A program made the translations under genes and the position numbers. The notes under the pieces are model-generated. The model ran no database searches. It saw nothing but the letters and a program-made list of their open reading frames with translations, and was not told the origin of the DNA. A DNA stretch of 64,000 nucleotides from a virus, in the IMG/VR virus record IMGVR_UViG_3300008111_000019, positions 32,001 to 96,000 of that record; one strand, 5' to 3'. Shown in pieces: positions 1 to 14,600 of this stretch (the stretch's first letter is position 1; every line of letters begins with the position of its first letter).

Positions 1-1
1 T

Positions 2-2602
2 ACTATAGATGTACCTAAGTCAAATGAAATCGTAGCCGTAGATTCTAATAACATCAATGAAAACGATGTTTGGTTGTTTAGATTAAACAGTGCAGGAGCA
101 CAAATAGAAGAATGGACTAAAGTACAATCTTTAATTGGTAATAACATTGCCTATAACAGCATTGCATCAAATATTAGAAATATCTATTCTGTGTTGACCA
201 AAGAAAGTGACAGAGTTGATCTTGCTTTTGCCGACGGTGTTTACGGTAATTTACCACAAGGCACTTTTAGAGTTTATTACAGAAAGAGTAATGGCTTATC
301 ATATCAGATAGCACCGAGAGAAATGCAAGGCATTAGTTTATCTATTCCTTACGTAAACAAACAAGGGGTGAATCAAACTTTAATAGTTACCTGTAGTCTC
401 AAATATACAGTAGATTCTTCAACCGCATCTGAAAGTGTTGACTCTATAAGAATTAATGCACCAGCATCATATTATACACAGAATAGAATGATAACAGGAG
501 AAGATTATAATCTTGCTCCTTTGACTACCAGTCAAAATATTTTAAAAGTAAAATCTATTAATAGAACATCTAGCGGAATTAGCAGAAACTTTGATATTAT
601 AGATGCATCTGGCAAATACAGTAATGTTAATGTATTTGCTGACGACGGAATTATCTATAAAGAAGAAATTGAAAGATCATTGTCTTTTAAGTATGCCAAT
701 CGTGTAGACATTATTAATTTTATAAGAAATAAAATTGAGCCTATTTTTACTGATACAGATGTTTACAATTTCTATCTAACAAAATTTGAAAGAATTTTAT
801 TCACAGATAATAATACTATCTGGAATCAAGTTACTAACGATATTAATAACTCTTCTGGTTATTTCACTAATCTAGTCGACACAACATCAATTTTACCAGT
901 GGCCACTTATACCACAGGTCTTTTACGTTATCTAACACCCGGAGCACTAATTAAATTCATTCCTCCAACAGGTAAGAGTTTTAAAAAGGGTAAGTTAGTT
1001 AATACGGATTCTACAGATCCTGAGCAGACATCTTACATATGGACTAAGGTTGTTAAGATAACAGGTGACGGTACAGCCAACAATTCCGGAGTCTTAACCA
1101 CTAATCTAGGACCTGTACAATTCAATGACATAGTACCTAGTTTAGCAGTAGCATCTATAATCATACCTAAATTTATTAATAATTTAAGTACAGCATTGGA
1201 ATCACAAATGGTGGATCTAATGTTTGGAAATTTAAATTTTGGACTTAGATATAACACTGCTGACACTGACTGGAAGATTATCACTGCTTCTAATTTAAAT
1301 CTTGTTGATGATTTTAGTTTAGGAAAAGCAGGAGATGTAACTAACTCAAATCTAGACGCCTCTTGGATCATAGCATTCATCAAAGAACCAGATCAATATG
1401 TGGTAAGAATTAGAGGTATGGATTATATTTTTAGAAGTATAAAACAAAATAGATTTTATTTTGATAGCAATCAAAAAGTATTTGATAGCGAAACTGGTAA
1501 AGTTGTCAAAGATAAAGTTGTAGTATTAGGAATTAATGCCGGACAGGATTTAATTAATCCGTTAGTAGCAGATTATACTTTTGAAATCACCGACAGTGTT
1601 AGATTTGATGACGGGTATGAAAGTTCGGAAGAAATAAAAGTTACATTTTATGACAGCGATGATGATGGTGTTATCGATGATCCAGATACTTTTAGACAAG
1701 TCGTTGGACCTGATTCTTCTAACAGATTTCTGTTTTTTCAAACAACTACCGATGCTTACGGATACACAATTAAACAATTCGTAGACAATTCTAATGACAC
1801 CGTGTTAATTAGACAAAAAGAAAGTCTAGTTAATATCAACGATTTCTCCGACAGTCAATTAGTTTATTTTTATGACATTGATGAAAATGTAGTTAAGAGA
1901 GTTGATAAAACAACAAACACTTTTATATTAGAGCCTTCCTATACTGCTAACATAGGCAGAGACAATTTAAAATTTCAATATATTCACAATGCAGGAGTTG
2001 ATAGAAGAATAGATCCTAGTGCTTCTAACATTATTGATGTTTACCTTCTAACAAGAAGTTATGATACAGCATTTAGAAATTTCCTTTCTGGTGCTGCTGA
2101 TAAACCAACGGCTCCTAGCAGCGATAGTTTGAGAGTTACATTTGGTCAAAACTTAGATTTAATTAAATCAATAAGTGATGAAATCATTTATCATCCAGTA
2201 ATTTATAAAGTTTTGTTTGGCTCAACTGCCGATGAAAAACTGCAAAGTAGATTTAAAGTGGTAAAAAATCCAAACAAGTTAATAAATGATAACGATCTAA
2301 AAGTTCGCATAATTGCAGCGATCAACGAATTTTTTGATGTCAATAATTGGGATTTCGGTGATAAATTTTATGTCAGCGAAATGATCACTTATGTTATCAA
2401 TACCTGTGCCCCTGATATTTCAAATTTAGTTTTAGTACCAAGACAAGCATCACAGTCGTTTGGTAGTTTATTTGAAATACAAAGTCGCACAGATGAAATT
2501 TTTATTAGCGGTGCTACTGTAGATGATGTGGAAATAGTAACGTCAATTACAGCAGCAGAATTGAGAATCAGCAATGATTCAATTGTAACTAGTACGAGTT
2601 AA
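2..2602 (+). CDS. Baseplate wedge subunit (T4 gp6-like), 5'-truncated by the window edge
   Basis: The frame is open from position 2, so the TTG at 74 is not the true start. 'ESVDSIRINAP..YYTQNRMITGEDY' resembles the gp6/baseplate-J 'R.vT..DY' motif; C-terminal 'I..AINEFFDVNNWDFG..FYVSE'. Confidence 0.75.
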   Translation, partial: TIDVPKSNEIVAVDSNNINENDVWLFRLNSAGAQIEEWTKVQSLIGNNIAYNSIASNIRNIYSVLTKESDRVDLAFADGVYGNLPQGTFRVYYRKSNGLSYQIAPREMQGISLSIPYVNKQGVNQTLIVTCSLKYTVDSSTASESVDSIRINAPASYYTQNRMITGEDYNLAPLTTSQNILKVKSINRTSSGISRNFDIIDASGKYSNVNVFADDGIIYKEEIERSLSFKYANRVDIINFIRNKIEPIFTDTDVYNFYLTKFERILFTDNNTIWNQVTNDINNSSGYFTNLVDTTSILPVATYTTGLLRYLTPGALIKFIPPTGKSFKKGKLVNTDSTDPEQTSYIWTKVVKITGDGTANNSGVLTTNLGPVQFNDIVPSLAVASIIIPKFINNLSTALESQMVDLMFGNLNFGLRYNTADTDWKIITASNLNLVDDFSLGKAGDVTNSNLDASWIIAFIKEPDQYVVRIRGMDYIFRSIKQNRFYFDSNQKVFDSETGKVVKDKVVVLGINAGQDLINPLVADYTFEITDSVRFDDGYESSEEIKVTFYDSDDDGVIDDPDTFRQVVGPDSSNRFLFFQTTTDAYGYTIKQFVDNSNDTVLIRQKESLVNINDFSDSQLVYFYDIDENVVKRVDKTTNTFILEPSYTANIGRDNLKFQYIHNAGVDRRIDPSASNIIDVYLLTRSYDTAFRNFLSGAADKPTAPSSDSLRVTFGQNLDLIKSISDEIIYHPVIYKVLFGSTADEKLQSRFKVVKNPNKLINDNDLKVRIIAAINEFFDVNNWDFGDKFYVSEMITYVINTCAPDISNLVLVPRQASQSFGSLFEIQSRTDEIFISGATVDDVEIVTSITAAELRISNDSIVTSTS

Positions 2603-2605
2603 TTA

Positions 2606-5600
2606 ATGGCCAATACAAATTATCCAGATAGTGGGTTACCGATCCGTAGAACAGTAGAGTTATTACCTACAATTTTTCAATCCGAGGCTAATGCCAAATT
2701 TATGTCGGCAGTGGTCGATCCACTAACACAGCCTGGCACACTAGATAAAACTGTAGGATATATTGGCAGACGTTATGGTAAGACATTTAACAGCACAGAT
2801 GTATATCTCGATACTGACCAAACACTAAGAAGCAGATATCAATTAGAGCCCGGTGTTGTTGTTGACGAAAATAAAAAAATTAAAAATTTTTACGATTATC
2901 TAGATTTTAAAAATCAATTAAAATTTTTTAATAATGATAATGAGAATGACAACAAGATAACTGATCAAGAGCATTATACATGGAATCCTCCCATAGACTG
3001 GGACAAGTTTATAAATTATAGAGAATATTATTGGGTTCCTGAATTTCCTCCAGATATCGCGATTACAGGTCAAGCACAGTCTATTACCAGCACATATAGA
3101 ATATCTTTAGGTGCTAATTCCTATGTGTTTACTCCAGACGGCCAAACCAATAACCCTACACTAACTCTATATCGAGGACAAACTTATAAATTTAATGTTA
3201 ACATACCGGGACATCCGTTCTTTATTAGAACTAATTTAGATGTTGGCGTCTTGTTTTATAATCCTGCAATGCCATACAGTGCCGGACAAATTGCAGTATT
3301 TGATGGAAAAATTTGGAAAGCAAAAGTCAACATATCAGTAAATGACGGTAGTAGCATAGATGAAAACAGTCAAGACTGGGAATTAGTTGATGTCTATTAT
3401 GATACATTTTCTTTTGATTATAACAACGGCGTAACAGGCGCCGGCAAAGAAACAGGCACTATTACCTTTGAAGTTCCTTTAGATGCACCTGATCTCTTAT
3501 ACTATCAAAGTGCTATAGATCCTAATTTCTTTGGCAAATTTTTAATCGCTAATGTTGAATCAAATACAAAAATAGACGTCGAAAAAGAAATTATAGGAAA
3601 AGAAACTTATATCAGCAGTAACGGCATTACATTGTCAAATGGTATGGTAATAAGATTTCAAGGACAAGTAATTCCAGAAACTTATACTGCCTTAGGCAAT
3701 AGCGGAAAGTATGTAGTTGAAGGAGTAGGAACTTCTATTAGATTAGTCTCAGTAGATGATTTAGTCATATCACCGATAGACGAATTAAATGTGCCTGAGG
3801 TATTATTTGACGACGGAGGGTTCGATACTGAGCCGTTTGACGATGCTAGTCTTTACCCTGCTAATAAAGACTACCTAACAATAAATCGAGCAAGTGCAGA
3901 TAGAAACAGTTGGAGTCGTTACAACAGATGGTTCCACAGGTCAGTGCTAGATTACGCTCATAGTGTTAATAACAGCGACTTTGCTGCTGACGAAGCCTCT
4001 AGAGCAAAAAGACCAATCATTGAATTTATTCCAGATATAAAAATTTACAATCACGGAGAAATTGCTAAATCTTCTGTTGATTTTATAGATGATTTCACAA
4101 CTGATGTCTTTAGCGTAGTTGAGGGCAGTATAGGATACATTGTTGACGGTGAATCTCTTTTTGAAGGCGCTCGGGTATTAATTACCGCCGACACAGACAA
4201 TCTAGTCAATAATCAAATCTATCGTGTTAAAATTATTACTCATAATAATAAAAAACAAATTACACTGATTAAAGAAAGCGACGGTGATCCTGTAGTTAAT
4301 GAATGTCTACTAGTAAAAAGAGGAAAAAACAACCGAGGATTGATGTACCATTATAATGGCGACTCTTGGATAAAAAGTCAAACTAAGACCAAAGTCAATC
4401 AATCTCCTTTGTTTGATTTGTTTGACGAAAATGAAATTAGTTTCGGCGATCAAGAAGTTTACCCAGTCAACACCTTTATAGGAACTCCGATTGTCAGTTA
4501 TAAAATAGGCAACGGGCCTGTTGATTCTGAATTAGGTTTTTCGTTAAGTTATTTGAATATTGATAATGTTGGAGATATTCAATTTAATTTTAATTTAGAT
4601 AGTGATAGTTTTGATTACAAGATAGACAGAGAAATTTTAACTAAAAAACTTGCTACAGGTTTTTATAGATCTCAACGAGATCAGTATGCTAATTCCTGGA
4701 CATCTCTAGATCGCAATTTTGCACAGCCTGTATTAGATACTATCGTTATCGTTAATGAAACCGATACAATAATTTCTACGGCTATTGATTGGAATTCAGT
4801 AGAAGACGCTCAAATTAAAAAATTACTAGTTTTAGTTAACGGAATTAAGAGTAATGTTTCATACGTTAGAACAAGAAATAAATTTGTATTTTCTAAAAAT
4901 TTCAGTGCCGGAGATACTGTAACCTTTAAAATTTACTCAGACATACCGCCAGATACTGGGTATTATGAAATTCCTTTAGGATTAGAAAAAAATCCTTTAA
5001 ATGCAAACATCACTAATTTCACATTAGGACAGGCGTCCGATCATCTAGGTACTGCATTAGAACTTAAAGATGAAATTGTAGGTATTTTTCCTGGATCGAG
5101 TAATCTAAGAGACATTTCTCAATATCAGCAATTTGCCAAGAGATTTTTGAAACACTCAGGTTCCGCCTCAGTGGCTATGATACTGTTGTGTGACAAAGAT
5201 ATTAACATTATTAAATCTCTGCAATTTGCTAAAAGATCTTACACAGATTTTAAAAACAGTTTTATTAAATTATCAGATGAATTGTATTTGAATCAAGAAC
5301 CTAGAGATTTTGTCGATACAATCTTAAATGAAATCAGCAACAATTTAACATCCGCAAATCCGTTCTCTAATAGTGACATGGTAGGTAGCGGCGCCTACAC
5401 AGTTTTAAAATATACAGTAGAAGACGAAGGAATTAAAACTTTTGCTCTTTCAGAAAAATTTGATCTTGAAACAGTTAGTGAAAGAGCAGTTTATGTCTAT
5501 CAAAATTCTCAGCAACTAATACACGGCATTGATTATACTTTTAATTCTACTTTTGGTTTTGTTTTATTAAACATAGATCTAGCAGAAGGCGACGAAATAG

Positions 5601-8600
5601 AAATTAGAGAATATGTATCGACCGCAGTAAATTTTATACCGTCAACTCCTACAAAATTGGGACTATACAAAAAGTATCTCCCAATGAAATTTTTAGATGA
5701 TACTTATGCAGAACCTAAAGAAGTTATCCAGGGGCATGACGGTAGCATAACAACTGCCTACGGTGATTTTAGAGACGATATTTTATTAGAATTAGAATTA
5801 AGAATATACAATAATATCAAACAACAGTATGATGAAAATGTTTTTGACATTGACAGAATATTAGGAGGATATTACGGAAACGCTGAATTTACTAAACGAG
5901 ATCTTGATAAGATCACTAACGTAGAATTTCTCAAATGGATTTCTGATACAAATATAGATTATATTAATAACAATTATATAGACACAGAAAATCCTTTTAC
6001 TTATACATATTCAAACATGACAGATCCTAGCAGATCTAAAAATCTGCCAGGTTATTGGAGAGGAGTTTATGAATGGTTCTATGATACAACTAGACCTCAT
6101 ACATGTCCTTGGGAAATGTTGGGATTCTCAGAAAAACCAGACTGGTGGGAATCAGAATACGGACCAGCACCTTATACCAGTAACAATTTAATTTTGTGGG
6201 AAGACTTGCGTGACGGTATTGTTCGCCAAGGTTTAAGAAAGGGAATATACGACAGGTACAAGCGTTCTTCGTTGATGACACATATTCCTGTAGATGCTGA
6301 TGGAAACTTATTAGATCCTTTAAATTCAAGCCTTGCCAACGATTATAGTTTGATCAATAATCAAGGACCTTTTGTCTTAGGAGATCGAGGTCCTGTAGAA
6401 TTTGCATGGAGATCAAGTTCAGAGTGGCCTTATGCTGTAGTAATATCTCTTTGCTTATTAAAGCCATTTAAATTTATCACAGATAATTTTAATAAATCTA
6501 ATGTAGTAAGAAATAAAATTAATCAGATTACAAATATTGATTCTAAAGTATTTTTTACTGTTAATGATTTAGTCTTTTATGAAAAAAATAAAACAGCATC
6601 GGGTCTACATCTGTATGTTGTTGATTATCTAAAAAATAAAACTCTTAACACTGATATTTTACAAGACAAGATTAAAAATATTGATGTGAGATTGGCTTCT
6701 AGAAATTCTGGTTTCGTTGATGCCGCACAACAAAAATATGTATTAGATAGTAAAAATCCAAAGGCTTCTTCAAGTTCAATCTTTGTGCCTGTGGAAAACT
6801 ATGACATTATTTTTAATGTTAGTAGTCCTTTTGGTACAGTGGCCTACAGCGGAATATTAATTGAAAAGAGTAATAGAGGCTGGAAACTGTCAGGCTACGA
6901 CAGAGAAAAACCTATTTTTTATTATTATCAACCTGTACAATCTCAAAGTGATAGTCTAATTACAGTAGGCGGAGTCAGCGAAGATTTTGTAGATTGGATA
7001 CCTAATCAATTTTATGGTAATGGTATAATCGCTAGATATCAGGGATTTTTCTATAGATCATTGAAGAGTCATAATAGCGGTGATTCTTTTGAAAAAATTA
7101 ATTGGCAACAACTACCGTCTCTACCATTGAAAAATGCTGTGACTGCATTTAATCGTAGAACATTCAATACTATAAAAATCAAAGAACTTCCGTATGACAC
7201 AGTATTTTCTGACATACAGACAGTAGTAGATTTTATTTTAGGTTATCAAGAATATCTAAAATCTATTGGTTTTGTTTTTGATTCTTATAATACTGAATTA
7301 AAAGAGCCAGAAGATTGGAACACATCTATTAAAGAGTTTATGTTCTGGTCTAGACACAATTGGAGCATAGGTTCGTTGATAGCACTAAGTCCTGCTGCCA
7401 AAAGAGTGAATCTAGTAACTACATTAGGTGTGGCTGATAATCTTTTAGATAGTTTTTATGATTATCAGGTTCTTAAAAATGATGGTACTCCTTTAAATCC
7501 TTCGAATATAAATGTAACTAGAAGTTTTAGAACAATTAATATTTCAACAGCAGACACCAATGACGGTATCTATTTTGTTAAATTTAATATGGTGCTAAAA
7601 GAAAATATCACAATATTTTCTGATAGAACGGTGTTCAACGATGTTATCTATGACAAGCCTACTGGCTATCGTCAAGAAAGAATTAAGAGTCGCGGGTTCC
7701 GCACGGTTGACTGGGACGGTGACTATACCAGCCCAGGATTCATATTTGACTCAGTTGATATTAGTGTTTGGCAACCATTTACTGATTACAAGTTAGGAGA
7801 CATTGTAGCCTATAAATCTTATTATTGGACCAGTAAAGTTAATCAATTAGGCACCGTAGAGTTTGACGATAAACGATGGACTAAATTAGATTCAACACCA
7901 ACCAAAGGGCTAGTTTCTAACTTTGATTATAGAATTACACAATTTGAAGATTATTATGAAGCCGACACTTCGGGAATAGGATCCAGTCAAAGAGATCTAG
8001 CAAGACATGCCATTGGATATCAGCAGAGAGAATATCTACAAAATCTTGCCGAAGATGAAGTAACACAATTTAAATTGTATCAAGGCTTCATTAGAGAAAA
8101 AGGCACAGCCAATGCCATTGTTAAAGTTTTTGACAAGTTAAGTAGAACTTCTGATGATAGTGTTGTGCTCAAAGAAGAGTGGGCATTTAAATTGGGTGAC
8201 GTGGGCGGAATAGATCAAACCACAGAATATGAATTTCAAATAGACAAAGATAAGTTCGTAGTCAATCCCCAGCCAATATTATTAGACTCTGGAGTAGAAA
8301 GAACTTCAGTAGAAGATCAATATTATAGAATATACTCTAGTAGTTTTACTCTTAGACCAATACCGTTTACCACACAAATTAATCCGTTGATTTATTATGA
8401 CGGCCCTAGCAGAAATGCTGGATATGTTAAATTAGATCACATTGATATCTCTATAAAATCTAGAGATGAAATCCTAAATCTTAACATAGATGAAGTAAAA
8501 GATAATTCAAATATATGGATTACTTTTGATAAAAATTCTTGGACTGTTTTAAGATACAACGAAGATCCTTTCTTGTCAGTGGCAGGTGTTATCAAAGAAG

Positions 8601-11600
8601 GACAAAATATTAGATGTCTAACTAATAGACCACATCGACTATCGGCAGACGATATTGTTGGTATCCAAATACAAAATCTCACAGGCTTCTTTAAATTATT
8701 AGAAGTCACTAACGACACTTTTGTAGTAACCCCAACTTCAACCGATCCCGTTGAAATTGTAGACAGTTCGTCGGCAGCGTTAGGCTTGTTTAGAACTGTG
8801 AGATATTCTACATATGAATCTATGAACAAAGGCGAGATTGCTTTGTTAAAACAAGGTTCTAAATTATGGGTAGATGATGCAGGTTCTGATACCTGGGAAG
8901 TTGTAGAAAAGACCAAACAATACATTGACTTTACATTATTAGAATATGGTATTACTGATCCTAGGGGATTAGGTAAGGCAGTTCTATATATTGATTCAAC
9001 CAAACAGATAGCCGCAAGTTTACCTGAGTCTAATTTTGTAATGATTTACACTGACAAGGTCTCGGCAGGTTTCACCAACATCGGTCTCAAACAAATTATT
9101 CCTGCTCCTGATGGATTTGAATCAGCCACGAATGGAGTGTTTGGAGAAGTATTAGCAGTCAGCCCTGATTATAAGTGGTTGGCTGTGGCTTCGCCTCGAG
9201 CCAGCGGTGTTAAGAGCACCTATCGAGAGGAACTACTGCCTATTAGAAGTTATCTAGCCGGAGAAATTGTTCTTTGGCAGGGCAGATTATGGAAAGCCAA
9301 GGTCAATATAAGAGTTGGTGACGGAAGTTCAATAAATTTCAATTCAGATGATTGGGAACCTGCCACACTTGTAGAAGCCAATTCCATTGGTAGGAATGAC
9401 GGATACCTTGAACAAGGTATGGTAACTCTTTATACCTATAATAATCAACAGTGGGAACCAAGCATTAGTTTAGTAAGTCCACGTCAAGAAGATTTTGAGC
9501 AATTTGGTAGCAGTGTCAGCATTGGTGTGTCTGGCAACAAATATTACATGAGTGTTTCTGCTCCAGGATCCTTAGATAGTAAAGGTCGAGTTTATCTTTA
9601 TTACTACAACGGAACTTCTTGGAGTTATTTTGAAAATACTAGTTATATGGGATTATATGATCCTACTCCTGGAACGTTCTATCCTGTGAGCAGTATTGTA
9701 TGGTATGAAAATAATTTCTATGAAGCCCTATACGACAATTACGGTGACGGCAGCACTATATCTGTAGAATCTAACGATTGGAAACGTCTAGATTCTGTGT
9801 CGACACAGTTTAGTTTGCCAACAAATATATCCGTAGACGACGACGGATCAACTTTGATTGAAGGTTTATTAACGCCATCGCAACAGGCCGAGTTAGTGAA
9901 GCAAGGTGATAGATTTGGTCACTCTACTACTATGAGTAGAGATGGCAGCATTCTTGTGGTAAGTACTCCAACATCCGACGGACAGTATTTCGCAAACTAC
10001 AGAGGCGTATGGAAGCCCTATAACGAATATAAACCCAATGATGTTGTAAAATATCAAGGTGGCTACCATAAATTTTCTGTTATAGACTCAGCCAACGACG
10101 AGAGTCTAAATAATCCTCCAGATGCTGGAAATCCTTGGGTCAACGTAGGCGACAGCACATATCAGACGTCTGGAAAAATTTATATCTATAAGAGAGACGA
10201 GAACAACAGATATAATCTTGTACAAACAATAACTGAACAAAATATTAATCAAGTTAATGATTCGACAGCAGATGTTAATATAATGAGCGGCGACGAGTTT
10301 GGATTTGCTCTTGACATAGACTCTTCTGGTAGAACTCTAGTAGTTAGCAGTCCTAAGGCTGATGTGTTCTCTCAGACACAGGGTGCTGTATATGTTTTCA
10401 AAACCAATGATTTGAATGATGTAGAATTTAGACTGGTACAGAAATTAACTAGTTTTGAATATTTGACTAATGAATATTTTGGTTCAGCAATTTCTATCAG
10501 CCCAAATACTGAACGTATTGTTGTGGGTGCTAAAAATTCTCCGTTTGATTTAATCACAAGATTCAATCAAGGAACAACATTTGATAAAAATAAAACTGTA
10601 TTCAAAGATTCTCAAGGATTCCCTGGACAAGCCTATGTATTTGAAAGAAAGTCTGAAGGTTATTTCCTTGTTGAAAAATTAGATACTGATTTTATACCAA
10701 ATGAAAGTTTTGGAGAATCTCTTGACTGTGTTGGCAATGTGATAGTAGTAGGTAGTCCTAGATACAAAGTTGAAGATAGCACAAAAGGTAATATACGATT
10801 ATTCAAGAAGCCTGTTGATATTAACAGTCTTAAAACGATTGCAGAAGAATCACAACTAGTAGATATTAATAAAATCAAAAATGTTGAATTGTATAACAAC
10901 ATAAATGATATTAAGTTAGCCGACATAGATATTATTGATGGCTATAAAATGAAAATCCTAGGAGTAGCAGATCAAGAAATAACTTGGAAAACTCCTTACG
11001 ATCCAGCAATTTATATACTGGCTACCACAGATCAAGTTATAGACGAGTCTCAGGCATGGTATGAAAAAAATGTAGGTCGAGTATGGTGGGATCTTAGCAC
11101 AACTAAATTTATAAATTATGAGCAAGGAGATCTTGCCTATAGAATAGGTAATTGGAACGTACAGGCTGCTGGCTCTACTGTAGATGTCTATGAATGGATT
11201 GAATCTTTACTATTGCCGTCTGAGTGGTCTTTATTGGCCGATACTGTAGAAGGTCTAGCCGAAGGAATTTCCGGCCAACCTAAACATCCTGACGATAGTG
11301 TCTACAACACAAAGATATTATTCAATCCAAACTCAGGAGAGCAAGTTGGTACAAAATATTATTTCTGGGTAAAAAATAAAAACACTTTACCTGAATCAGC
11401 AAATAGAAAAATTTCTATTAGTGCAGTAGCCAACTATATTTCTAGCCCAATCGGAACAGGCTTACCATTTGTAGCCCTTATAGATACAGATAAAATATTA
11501 GCCTACAATTTACCAACAATTATAAGTTCTGATACCGCGTTATTGAATATAGAATATTTGACATCTCAGGGAAGAATTAATCAAAGCCACAAAGAATATC

Positions 11601-14600
11601 AATTGCTCACAGAAGGCATTGCAGATAGTTTACCTGCAGATATTTTAGAAAGAAAATGGTTAGACAGTCTTGTTGGGTACGATCAAGCCGGTAACGCTGT
11701 ACCTGATATTTCAATTCCTCAGAGACAACGATACGGTTTAAAATTTAGACCAAGACAAAGTATGTTTGTTGATAAAGCAGTTGCGCTTGAAGGAGCGATC
11801 GAATATATCAACAATATATTAATTACAAGACCATTTACTGATCTTGTTGATTTTGTAAGACTAGGAAGTGTAGACGGTCTACCTAATGAAGAATTAAATG
11901 AATATGATGTGGCAATAGATACACTGATCGATTTGTCACAGGTAGGAACTACAAGAATCCGTAAGGCAGAATTTAGTGTCAATATTATCAACGGAGAAGT
12001 TGATACTATAGATATTATTAACCCCGGTTTTGGTTATAGAAATGTTCCTTACATAGAAATTGAAGGAACAGGTTCAGGTGCAAAAGCCGAAGTAACCATA
12101 GACAACCAAGGTAAGATAAATTCCATCACAGTTGTTGCTAGAGGTAAAAAGTATACTTCCGCACTAGTAAAAATTAGAGCATTCTCTGTACTGATTAAAT
12201 CGGACAGCAGTTATAATAATTTTTGGAGCATTTATTCTTGGGACGATGTTAGAAGAACATTTTTTAGAAGTAAATCTCAAGGATACGATGTTACAAGATA
12301 TTGGGAATATGTAGATTGGTGGGCTGAAGGATTTGATAGCCAAGTAAAGGTCACAAAAGAAATTACCAATATCTATGAAGAACCTACTATATCAGTAGAA
12401 GTAGGTCAATTGATAAGAATCAAAGAATATTCCGGCGGCGGATGGGCAGTGATTCAAAAGACTGAAGATGGTGCTGGAAATCTATTAAGCAATTATAATC
12501 TAGTTGGTAGAAAACACGGTACGTTACAGATCATACCGTTGCTGTATAATTCTATTAGTAATAGATTAGGATATGACGGAACTGGCGCCTACGATTCTAA
12601 TTTGTATGATATACAGCCTATTAAAGAATTAAGAATCATCTTAGATGCTGTTAAAAATGATATTTTTGTAGATGATTTGAGAGTTGAGTGGAATAAACTA
12701 TTTTTCAATTCTGTCAAATATGCTTTGGCAGAACAAAATAGTGCAGATTGGTTATTTAAAACCAGTTTCTTGAATGCCATACACAATGTAGGAGATCTCG
12801 ATCAAAGACCTACATATAAAAATGACAATCTTGACAGTTATAAAAAGTACATTGAAGAAATTAAGCCGTATAAAACTACTATTAGAGAATACACAAGTAG
12901 ATATACAGAAAAACAAAATAGTGGTCTAGCAACCACAGATTTTGATTTACCTGCTGCGTATTCTACAGTTGATGGTAAAATTTTACCAGTCAACGAGGAT
13001 TACAATAGATTTAATGAATATCCTTGGAAATCCTGGGACGATAACAAGGGATACAACATAATTGCAGTTGAAGTGGCCAACGGCGGCAGCGGTTATGTTT
13101 CAGCCCCAACAGTATTAATAGAAGGTGACGGTCAAGGTGCTACTGGTATTGCTTATGTTTCTAATGGACAAGTTAGAGCAGTAAGAATTATAAATGAAGG
13201 TAGTGGCTATACTAAGACTCCTACAGTTTTACTAGTTGGCGGTAACGGTAGTTCCCCTGACAATGCTAGGGCAGTTGCTATTCTAGGAAAATCTCTAGTT
13301 AGAACTTTTGATCTAAATCTAAAATTTGACAGAATCAGCAAAACAGGAACATTTACTTCTTATTCTAAAGTCCAGCAATTTACAGCGACAGGATCTAGTG
13401 CTGTATTCGAATTAGCATTTGCACCTAAGACAGAGAAAAGATTTATTACTGTAACACTGAATAATCAAATAGTACTGTCGAGCCAATATGCTGTTGATCT
13501 CTACAAATCGTCTGTAGACGAATTTGACTTGCTACGTGGCAAGATTAGATTTTTAACTCCACCTAAAGCAGGAGATCAGATAACAGTAGAGTACGAATTT
13601 AATTCTAGTCTTTTAGACAGTGTAGATAGAATTAATCGATACTACGCACCTACTTCAGGAATGTTAGGAAAAGAAACTAACCAATTAATGACTGGTATTG
13701 ACTTTGGCGGTGTAAGAATCCAAGGCACTACGTTTGATGTTACTGGCGGTTGGGATGCTCTTCCTTGGTTCGTGGATAACTGGGATAGTGTGGAATCAAG
13801 TTCTGATTTTTATTACGCAGCAGATGGCAGCACAACATTTGTGGTATTGCCGTTTACACCTGCATCGAATCAGGCTATTTCGATCTACTTAAAACGAGAA
13901 ACCGAAACTAAATCAACAAGGATAGACGATCCGGCCTGGACACCATCTTGGGATAGTTCAGTGTCGATTAATCCTAGTGCTCAGATGCCTACTTTTATAG
14001 GAGACGGATCTACAAACGTTGTAGAAATAGGATCCTATGTAAGCACACAAGCCGGAGATACATTAATCTTTAGAACACTGGAAAGTGACGGATCTGTAAC
14101 CATAGTTGATGCTAATTTATTAGACACAAGAATCACTGGAGGTTCGTTATCTAATATTGGCGGAGCCTACGTAAATGCTACAGGAACTATGGCAGAAGAA
14201 ATATCCATTGATGGCGATAAATTTATCAGCCCTGACCAAGTTCCAGCACCAGAAGAAAACGTACCAGGACAAGTTTTAGACAGCCTTAGTTTTAAAGTGT
14301 TTACTACAGAGGATCCTGGTGCAGCACACTTACAAAATAAAGTGATTATTGCAGACGGTACTACTAAGAAATTTAACATTGGTTTGAATATCTTTGAAAG
14401 CACAGGTGTAATGGTTTATGTTAACAAGATTAAACAAGATTATGCAGAAGATAGCAGCATAAATTATACCATAGATTTTGTCAATAACCAAATAGAATTT
14501 GCTGTTGCTCCAATACTAGGTTCAGTAATAGAAATTATTTCTGTAGGCATTGGCGGTATTTCTTTAATAGACTATCAAGAATTTGTTGCAGACGGAGAAA